Of a stretch of DNA of 64,000 bases, positions 46,501 through 55,090 are shown in pieces. The notes beneath the pieces are model-generated. The model did no database searches. It was not told where the DNA came from and saw nothing but the letters and a program-made list of their open reading frames with translations. The stretch covers positions 1,798,001 through 1,862,000 of the forward strand of contig CM035354.1 of assembly GCA_020137815.1 (NCBI GenBank). The letters are read 5' to 3'. Position numbers and translations under genes: made by a program. Within the stretch, counting starts at the first letter, position 1. The number at the start of each line of letters is the position of its first letter. This DNA is from Hormiphora californensis (lineage: Eukaryota > Animalia > Ctenophora).

Positions 46501-47110
46501 CGAATTTTCCATGCCAATTCGCCCTCCTATATCGACACGCCCCTCGACCAACTCTACCGAAGAAACGAGGCTAGCAAGAAGCAGTCGTACGGAAAGCGTG
46601 TAAGAGAAGTTGAAGGGGGTGCCTTCTCTCCGCTGGTTATGAATACAGCAGGCGGGATAGCCAACGAGTTCCAAAAGGTGCTGAAGACTCTCTCACACCG
46701 AGTCTCCACAAGAACCGGAGAACCGTACAATGAAGTTATGGCGCACCTGAGGACGAGGCTACGATTCTCCCTCCTGAGATCATGCCTTATTGCTTTAAGA
46801 GGAAATCGGAGGAAGATCGCTATCACTAGTCTAACAAATACTGAACTGGTGACCTGAGGAAGAGAGGAATGAGAAGAACTTGAGGATCCGAAGATAAATT
46901 GATCCGAGGATGAATTGATTTATTGTTTTGTTCTTTCTTCTTTCTCGATTTTTTTTCTCTGCTGCGGTTCACACACTTTAAAAATTTTCCTCCGTTTTTA
47001 AATTTTTGTCTCTGGTGCAGGTGTCTCCTGAGTCCTGTTGTCTCCGGTCTGCTCAGTGCTCAGTGCTCATTGCTCAGTCGACAGTCCTGAAGCATCTTTA
47101 TCTTTTTACA
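43554..47110 (+). mobile_element. RLE-type (CRE-like) retrotransposon body; 5' UTR probably continues left of 41717; 3' end not defined
   Basis: Intact 1085-aa ORF with a T-rich 3' region; no TSD found. Confidence 0.7.
43600..46857 (+). CDS. CRE-clade-like non-LTR retrotransposon polyprotein (PHD finger, RT, zinc knuckle, restriction-like endonuclease)
   Basis: C4HC3 PHD; RPIGIGE, GGVEAAIH, LDAQNAFN, EGATQGDP, WYADD; CVCG..H..C, RHDNIRD, ARMDV..DVRI, EASKKQSY, FSPLVMNTAGG. Confidence 0.93.
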   Translation: MITRSKAKARLSPVALRPSSSLHRPFHPQAHLRSFVVSPDDSLSSDSSGSASDGDHDYATPNTSITRGTPISNSTPISRLINESRWFTEEKCGQCYETLPSYENAKCEACHEPFHQTCMTPVNQSEQMVHTPVVWYCTACFNLNRLVWKTTEPCKANCWGPLNGEELIEAFSNISMISQGWSTNLFKVPFGQVGRSFIDELTRLAGLFSDREDTRGWSLSALVIAPLLLLQKPARKSKNREHAQVLKRRLKLWHDGDFEALVREAKVIQKPLKHNVPSSELCTKRFVDLTREGRVTEATAWLNPERHTTGVKDCNDESVLSDLLEKHPKGQPANSTLARQGPTDAVLEVTFDGMNGQTIFSCGKSLKGSGGPSGLDATGIHRILCSRKFKKSPPALCTALAKAARTLATEQVDLKALDIFCASRLMPLAKPGGGTRPIGIGECFRRVMTKAIIRTIKSDIKSAAGKVQLAAGQLGGVEAAIHALSEKFESEECEGVLLLDAQNAFNNLNRKMALKNTTFYCPDLSTFLTNIYGKPRALFVGEKLLWSSEGATQGDPAAMDFYSIGILRLIELAETPDTTQVWYADDANNAGKLTGLLEWFDKVTTFGPSFGYFVNPAKCHLIVKPELLDHAKRLFGDTGVQITAEGARHLGASIGSETFKQTFVSAAVSKWCIELENLVAIAKAHPHLAYSNFVRSFRFKWAFLQRTVPDISDLFDPLEHTIRSQLIPCLVGRQVSDLEREILALPSGKGGMGIENPVKTSDRSYSNSRALTKPLVDLILCRNEEEIEMALVEKNAREARNKIAKENEDHHSDTLKELLTRITCPKLVRCLELAGEAGASVWLTATPYPHLGFELNQLEFVDSVALRYGFEVKDLGATCVCGKPNNADHTLSCSTGGYSILRHDNIRDLMAEICSYAGLKGVETEKLLLPCPDGIHFHPSANTAPDARMDVVALDMWRKMQLAHMDVRIFHANSPSYIDTPLDQLYRRNEASKKQSYGKRVREVEGGAFSPLVMNTAGGIANEFQKVLKTLSHRVSTRTGEPYNEVMAHLRTRLRFSLLRSCLIALRGNRRKIAITSLTNTELVT

Positions 47111-47456
47111 ATTTACAGAAATATCATCTCACCAGGGACGGCTCAGCAAGTCCCTGGGTAGCTGGGGCCATGGGCAAATGCTCCGTTCAGTGAACTGTGA
47201 AACCCCCATGAGCGGGGTGATCCGTCCTAGGACGCAGGCTCTGCGGGGTCAGGGGTGTAGGGGCCAACCAAGGTTCATGACCCCGTGAGCTGAGCTCACG
47301 ACTAGAGTTGTGGCCTTGCCCATGGGCCATGGTGACTCGAGAGCTCTGTTGACAATTACATTTCAAAATCGAAATTCGATCATTAGTCTAGAAAGAGATG
47401 CCACTTAGATTAAATGCATTACAAATTCCTATTCCTAACTCATTTTCTCAACAGTA

Positions 47457-47774
47457 ATGGTGTTGCTAGACAACGACGGTTTCCTCTTGGCCCTGACAAA
47501 AATGTTCCAAAACAACCGTTCAGCTGGGAGTGTAATCCTCACACTCAAGAAATACGATGGCAGAACGACACGGAAAGCACCCGCCACACCGGCTGATAAT
47601 CTTTGCTTACTCCGAGCTACGGATAGCAAGAAAAAGCTCAGTACAATTGTGTCCAACAAAGAGGTTACAAAGTTCCAGATGTCCTACGCAACCCTACTCC
47701 GGGGCAACATGGATGCGCTTAAGAAACACGACAAGAGTAAAGAGAGAAAGGAACGGAAACGAAAAGACATGTAG
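47457..47774 (+). CDS. SRP14: Signal recognition particle 14 kDa protein
   Basis: MVLLDNDGFL..LTKMFQ..GSVILTLKKYDGR..CLLRATD.KKKLSTIV. Confidence 0.96.
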   Translation: MVLLDNDGFLLALTKMFQNNRSAGSVILTLKKYDGRTTRKAPATPADNLCLLRATDSKKKLSTIVSNKEVTKFQMSYATLLRGNMDALKKHDKSKERKERKRKDM

Positions 47775-48152
47775 GGAGGGATTTGTGTGAATTATGTTGT
47801 TGTGTCGTTACGTGCTGCTGGAAGCACAAGGCGGTATATTTATTTGACTTTATCGGAATATTATGTTCAGTTCAACAATTTTATCCTCTCGTGTATGTAC
47901 TGTGTGTTTCTTTTGCCGAGCCGAACACACTCCTTGCCACTGACAGCCCCACAATTTAACTCCCCTACTTCTCTCACATAAAGATCACCTGAAACCCATT
48001 GATAAACCCATCTTTTAACTTGTTATGTTCTATGTGTAAACCCTCCCTTTACATTTCGCCCGCGGGGCGTGCGAAAAACAGTCTAACTTGGCAACTTTTA
48101 ACAAGAATTACAAGATTTATAACCCCCTACTTCTCTCCCAGATCAGATTGAA

Positions 48153-48902
<750 letters not shown>

Positions 48903-49272
48903 TGATATGGGGCAGAGAAAAGAGAAGGGGAGAAAAACAAAGAACTTCCGAGTAGGTTGAAATGAGGGATTGAGGAGTGATGTATTTCTTTATTATATGG
49001 ATGTTTATGATTTTTATTGTGTGAAAATATCCGGCACTTGAGGGAAGATATGATATATGAGTGTGTTATACGCTGTGTGTATTGTATTGTGTTTTGTTTC
49101 TTATGTTTTACACACCTTGTAATTATTACACAATGATACTACCCCCCCCCCCCCCTGCACCTATAAAAGTCTGGCAATCTTTCGGTGTTGATATCTTTGG
49201 TAGAAATTGGTTTCATATATATCAAGGGTTTGGATTGTTGAATGTTTTTTATGAATTGTGCTGGTGCAGGTA

Positions 49273-49908
49273 CTGGGTGTTCATTTTGGATCTTTACAAG
49301 CGTTGGCCTTCACCCAGAAAAAAGTTGACAAGATCAGGTCATGAAACTTCATACTTGGACTATTCTATACCCTCATTCAAGGTTCCTGGGGGTTTTGGAG
49401 CTCTAGCACCCCGGGAAGTGTATTTTTGGCATCAAAACTACCAGAAGGAATTTTTGCTGGTGCTGAGACTTTGCTAAAATGTTTTTTGGGTATTTTCTAT
49501 GTCAATCCTAAAGTTTCATAGAGATTGGATGTGTTTTTCGGACTCAAAATTTCGATAAAAGTGGCTGGAAAGGCTCGAAAACAGCTCAAAAACTGCTAAA
49601 ATTGAGTCTTTCCAGCCACTTTTATCGAAATTTTGAGTCCGAAAAACACATCCAATCTCTATGAAACTTTAGGATTGACATAGAAAATACCCAAAAAACA
49701 TTTTAGCAAAGTCTCAAAACCAGCAAAAAATCCCTTCTGGTAGTTTTGATGCCAAAAACACACTTCCCGGGGTCCTAAAGCTCCAAAACCCCCAGGAACC
49801 TTGAATGAGGGTATATAATAGTCCAAGTATGAAGTTTCATGACCTAATCTTGTCAACTTTCTTCTGGGTGAAGCCCAACGCTTGTAAAGATCCAAAATGA
49901 ACACCCTG
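49273..49908. mobile_element. Palindromic Tc1/mariner-like MITE with TA TSD
   Basis: TA|CTGGGTGTTCATTTTGG ... CCAAAATGAACACCCTG|TA; ~300-bp inverted arms. Confidence 0.88.
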
Positions 49909-50266
49909 TAGATAATTAAATGAGTTGTATGAACAAACCAACTACAAAGTGATTTCCCTGTTATACCTGAATTTGGATTGAAGCTTAGAAATTCACAGGA
50001 ACAAAGAGAGGTGTGAGTGCATTGGCTGTCAAGCCATTTCCTGACAGATGATCCATACAAGATGGCACACCGCTCGTCGTTATCGTTTGGTTCTCGGAGG
50101 GATCAATGATCTAAGAAAACTAGAGGACTAGACGGTTGGAACATTTCATGCATTTTGGATGGTTTCACTAATGTCCCCTCCCTTATCTGTCCCATTATAT
50201 CTACCCATATCTTCCCTAATATCCCCTGTTCCCTAATTATTAATATCCCCTGTTATCTACAGCACC

Positions 50267-52762
50267 ATGATCCTACTAGAGGAAAACAACCTGGTTATAT
50301 TTGAGACGCTGAAGGCCAAGTTTACAGCTGCCAAACCCGAGAGTGTCGCTGTGGTGGCCATTGATTTTGATGGAGTTAAATACAACATCACGTAAGACGC
50401 AATTATTTATTGATTTTACTATTACAGTCGGACCCCGATTTAGTGGCCCCCCATTTAGTGGCACCCCGATTTAGTGGCAGGATTTTTTTCCCCGTTATAG
50501 GAAATTAACATTATTTGAACCCGATATAGTGGCACCCCGATTTAGTGGCAGGATTTTTTCCCCCGAGGATGCCACTAAATCGGGGTCCGACTGTATATAG
50601 AGAAGTTAACCCGTCCGGAATGTTATGACCACCTAACCCTCGTCTGCAAGAGCCCTCCCCCTATGATTCCCTAACCCTCCCCATCCCAGGAACCCCCTCC
50701 CCCTCCCAGGAATCCCTCCCCCTATGATTCCCTAACCATCCCCCTCCCAGGAACCCCCTCCCCTATGCACTATGATTCCCTAACCCTCCCCCTCCCAGGA
50801 GCCCCCCCCCCCCCATGATTCCCTAACCCTCCCCCTCCCAGGAGCCCCCTCCCCTATGATTCCCTAACCCTCCCCTCCCAGGAACCCCCCCCTATGATTC
50901 CCTAACCCTCCCCTCCCAGGAACCCCCCCCCCTATGATTCCCTAACCCTCCTCTGCAAGAGCTCCCCCTATGACTCCCTAACCCTCCACATCCCAGGAAT
51001 CCTGGTCAGGACAAGGGTGTGATAACTCTTAGTGCGTGTATGAGAATCTACTCTGACTTGGTAGCGCATGGTGTTGTTGAGCTTCTGAAGAGGGAATATG
51101 GGGATTACCTTGTCGACCCTGAGGTGACATATAGCTCTCTTTTTTTAGTTTCTTCTCTACGTCCATCTCTTATTCTTCACAAATCACACAATAACATGTT
51201 TATTGCTCCTTGCACTTCGCACCCCCACTCTCGTCTAATTCCCCTTCCCTTCTTCGACTTCTTCTAATCCCCCTCCCTCTCTCAGGAAGGGTATGACGTC
51301 ACGCTAAGATACGAGCTAGCCTCCCTTCCTGAAGACAAGGAAGCTGTCGCCAAGAAAGCATCCCTCCTCAAACGAAACTGTTTTGCTGCTGTTTTTGAGA
51401 AGTATTTCAAGATGCAGGAAGAAGAGTCACCTAGCAGTGAGATGGCTACTGTTCATTACCATGAGGAGGAAGCGATGTATATTGCAGCTCAGTCTGACAG
51501 GGTAACCATTATCTTCTCAACTGTTTTCAAGGATCCTGATGATGTCGTTATTGGCAAGGTGAGAATGTTGTGGAGGGTGACAATGTTAGGTGTCATGTTA
51601 GGTATTAGAATGTTAGGTGTCATGCAAGGTAAAAATGTTGTGGAGGGTGAGAATGTAAGGTGTTAGAATGCAAGGTGTCATGTTAGGTGTTAGAATGCAA
51701 GGTGAGAATGGAGTTATAGAGGATTTGTTGTCTTACTTCATGATACAAAAATGGGAAGTTGAGTCCAACTAAAATCCTAATGAGTTGTCACTCACAGTAT
51801 AACAATGGGAGCTCAACTAACAACAACGGACAACCTTCTCTATAAATATAATAGTTCTTGTGTTTATTGGACAAGTTAGACTCGCTGGATACATTAATAT
51901 CCAGCGAGTCTAACTATATCCAGCGAGTCTGTTATCGATCATGAGACTCAGGAATAGTCAAGCAATACATTACTTCTATAAATATAATAAATAAAATAAC
52001 CTCTATCCTCGTTTCTCCAGGTGTTCCTACAAGAGTTTAAGGATGCCAGAAAGGCTCACCAACAGGCGCCCCAGGTTCTATTCTCGTATGGCGAGGCACC
52101 CAGGGAGCTGGCCGGGGTTAAAGGCGTCCTTTCTGGAGACAATGTTGGGTGAGTAAGGGAGATGTTCAGGAAGGGGTGTGTGGGGGACATAGCGAGGGTG
52201 GGCTGTCAAAATGTTACATAACAGACAGTGGAGAGAGAATCCAGTGATTTTGCAATGGACGAATGACGTCATTCATCGAGTAATTTTTCCGTTCACTAAT
52301 TTAACAACTCCATCTTCAGATTTGTTACATTTGTCCTATTCCCACGACACACAAACCCGGCCAATAGGGAGAATACGATCAACTTGATTCACCAGTTCCG
52401 TACCTACCTGCACTACCACATCAAGTGTAGCAAGGCATATCTCCATCAGAGAATGAGGAGCAAGACATCCACCTTCCTCAAGGTACGTGCCACGTGGGAT
52501 AGTGAGGGAGTGGGGAGTAGGGGAGTAGGGGAGTGCAAGTGAGGAGTAGGGGAGTGGGATAGTTGGAGCAAGACCTTCCTCATGGTACGTGCCACGTGGG
52601 ATAGTGATTAGTGGGGAGTCCGGGGGAGTGGGTGCCGGTTACTGGTTAGTGGGGTCGGTTCTGGGAAATTATAATTTAATCTTAACTATCTCTCAGGTGC
52701 TGAACCGAGCAAAACCCGAAGCGATGACGGATAAAGACAAGAAATTCGGAAAGAGGGGATAA
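50267..52762 (+). CDS. ARPC2: Arp2/3 complex subunit 2 (p34-Arc); exons approx. 50267-50391, 50997-51123, 51286-51558, 52021-52148, 52320-52482, 52697-52762
   Basis: [15 protein letters not shown]; [15 protein letters not shown]; [16 protein letters not shown]; [15 protein letters not shown]; FLK|VLNRAKP. Confidence 0.95.
50425..50593. mobile_element. Tc1/mariner (pogo-like) MITE with TA TSD in ARPC2 intron 1
   Basis: TA|CAGTCGGACCCCGATTTAGTGGC ... GCCACTAAATCGGGGTCCGACTG|TA. Confidence 0.9.
50655..50996. repeat. ~38-40 bp minisatellite of 3' splice-site units
   Basis: ccctatgattccctaaccctcccctcccagga, about 8 copies. Confidence 0.9.
51877..51930. repeat. Short palindromic repeat in an ARPC2 intron
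   Basis: ttagactcgctggata..tatccagcgagtctaa plus a third tatccagcgagtct. Confidence 0.7.
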
Positions 52763-53706
52763 ACAATTTAGAACATGGAAATCGTCTCTGTCCATCCTCT
52801 CAATTTTGAGAGTGAGAGAGAGGCGCCTGGGTTGAAGAAGCACGAATTTGTGACTAGCATAATGTAAAAACTATTACACTACTCTCTATACCACTACGTT
52901 ACCACCGTGTATCGATATTATTCGCCGTTTTTTTCTTGTGTTGTTGTGTACCATGTATTTTTTGTAAAATTAATCCGTTTTTAAGTTGAAAAAGGACCAG
53001 AAGTGAGCCATAATGAATCACTTCAATCCTTTGAAACGAAACACCTGTGTTTCTATTTTGTGTGTATGGAATCCCTATCAAATCCCCGGTGTGACTGCTC
53101 CACTGGAGAGTGTAAAATGATGTAACGTGACACGATCTTGGCCCGGTCACACTTTTCTCGGTTTCCATATCAACTTGCTGTGACGCGCGGGTACACTATT
53201 TGGAGATAACTCCGCGCAGCTTCTGCTTCCTAAAATTCGTACGCGCAAATGAAGTAACGCGCGTAATTTAGTAAAATCAATTGCGCGGCGTAGGGTTTTG
53301 TAAATTTGACTCGAATATTTTAGAAATCAAAATTTAAAAACGCGTCACTTTTCCAAAAAAAACGAACGAGGGCTTAACTTCAAACAGCAATCCGACAATA
53401 CCGGGTTCCATGATGGATACGAGGGTACTCTCGACACTTCGGTGTTGTACCACTTTGCAGGTTCACTCTGTGACCGATCGTGGTGTGCGTTTATTATCTG
53501 AGACCCCGGTGTCGGATTGCTGTTTCTTTCAACGAGGGCTTTGGAGTTGAACGTTTGCCAAGCTTTGGAGACGAGATTTCGTCCTCGCAGTCAAACGATC
53601 AGATACCTTCAATATTTAGCGTTGCGAAAGTTCATGTTGTTGAAAAGGTGGACGGGGTGATAAATTGGTGTGTGGGGGGACACGTCCGGGGCGTGGGAGG
53701 TCATAC

Positions 53707-54894
53707 GAAGTTTCAAACTTTCATCAACTACAACGTAAAACTATTTATTGAGTGATGGGAACGAAAGATAACGAGGGCGATAACCCTACGAATGAACGAT
53801 TGATAAAAGCAGTGAACGACCATGTTATGGAAATTATGAGAATGGACTACGAGGATACCTCGGAAGAGATAACTTTTGAACCGCAGCAAGTAACGAATAA
53901 CTACAACTTTATCAAACAATTCCCCGAGTCAAAACTTGGTTCACCGAGTGACGATATATGCTCTCACTTTAGACGTATTCTCAAGACCTTATCTAAAGAG
54001 GAAATCATTGACACTACATGTAAAACTTTTTTGTCCGGTGTGAAACTTCTGAAATGTGCAATGCATAGCCTTGATGAGGTTAGTAGTACGAGGAAACTAG
54101 AGGAGGAGTTTCGTAAGTGCAAAGAAGAACTTGACCGCCACCGTGTTACGGTGATTGAGCTGCAGCAGACCGTCATCAACAATCAACAGCAGCAACTCAG
54201 TTCAATGACAAACTCAGTACAGAAGGTGAAAGCTTACTCTACTGTTCTTGCTCAAAACTGTGCTGCAGTCTCTCCGGTGGTGAGAAAATATTCTCAAGAA
54301 CCAACTCACGCACCATTGTCCGAGAGGGATAAAAATCTTGTAATATTCGGTATACCAGAAACAACTGACCGCCTGACTAAGAACAGTGTCGATGGTTTGT
54401 TTGCCGAGCTGAATGAAAAACCGAAAGTAAATTCGATCAAACGTATCGGCGAGAGAAACGAGAAGGGCCCTCGACCTCTATTGGTTTCTTTGGAAAAACG
54501 AGCAACACTTATGGCGCTGCTGAAAAAGTCACGTCAGCTGAAGAACTCGGAACACTTCTCAGCTGTTTACTTTTCACCAGACCTAACTCCAGTCCAAATA
54601 AAGGAGCGTAAAGCCCTTATCACCACCTTGAAAAAGCTCCGCTTAGAGGACCCGGGCGGAAAATATTATATCAAAAACAATATAATCCAAGTAGGATAGG
54701 ACTATTATTCCCACTACGTGATCTATCATAATCTTGTTGCAAAGCTAGCCGCTTTTGGAGCGAGGGCTGTTGAGGATGAAAGAGGATGTGTTGATGAATC
54801 TGACTCCCAGCAGCAGAACTTGTGCTGAGCCGTATATCGGACAGTTAAAAAGCGGACTATAAATTTACATTTTGTATTTGTATTTGTATTTGTA
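53707..54894 (+). mobile_element. ORF1-only LINE-like retroposon B with variant SL-like 5' end and (TTTGTA)4 tail
   Basis: SL-like 53707-53752 ends in TTGAG 2 nt before the ATG; ORF homologous to element A; tail at 54871-54894; TSD uncertain (possibly AAGT). Confidence 0.75.
53755..54699 (+). CDS. LINE ORF1-like protein (coiled coil plus RRM/CTD-like region)
   Basis: ERDKNLVIFGIPE, KRIGE..GPRPLLV, VYFSPDLT; paralogous to the ORF of element A. Confidence 0.85.
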   Translation: MGTKDNEGDNPTNERLIKAVNDHVMEIMRMDYEDTSEEITFEPQQVTNNYNFIKQFPESKLGSPSDDICSHFRRILKTLSKEEIIDTTCKTFLSGVKLLKCAMHSLDEVSSTRKLEEEFRKCKEELDRHRVTVIELQQTVINNQQQQLSSMTNSVQKVKAYSTVLAQNCAAVSPVVRKYSQEPTHAPLSERDKNLVIFGIPETTDRLTKNSVDGLFAELNEKPKVNSIKRIGERNEKGPRPLLVSLEKRATLMALLKKSRQLKNSEHFSAVYFSPDLTPVQIKERKALITTLKKLRLEDPGGKYYIKNNIIQVG

Positions 54895-54914
54895 AGTCAA
54901 AACACGGTGGTTGG

Positions 54915-54947
54915 TTGGAACGTTTCGGGGTTGTGCCCCTTCTTCAG
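54915..54947 (-). ncRNA. Hammerhead ribozyme core directly downstream of an SL-like sequence
   Basis: CUGAAGA-a-gggg(cacaa)cccc-GAAA-cg-UU-ccaa; palindromic AACGUU; stem I imperfect. Confidence 0.5.
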
Positions 54948-54988
54948 CTCAAATTAATTTGTTTAAAGTAGTGTTGAAAAGTTTGAAA
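54948..54988 (-). other. Spliced-leader-like sequence, no GT donor
   Basis: TTTCAAACTTTTCAACACTACTTTAAACAAATTAATTTGAG followed by CT. Confidence 0.75.
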
Positions 54989-55090
54989 GATCAATATTAC
55001 TTCCTTCAGTCTAAATTATCCCTGAGCTTTAATTCTTGAGTATATTTCCACAGATTCGTGGCCCCAAACTAGTCTGTAGGCGGGTATTTT

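Noticed and set aside
47132-47345. 7SL/SRP RNA next to SRP14
   Set aside because: No helix-8 GNRA/AGCAG arrangement or Alu-domain fold is recognisable on either strand.
49061-50060. Mirror-image ORFs of 138 and 133 aa
   Set aside because: Both read into the arms of a palindromic MITE and show no protein motif.
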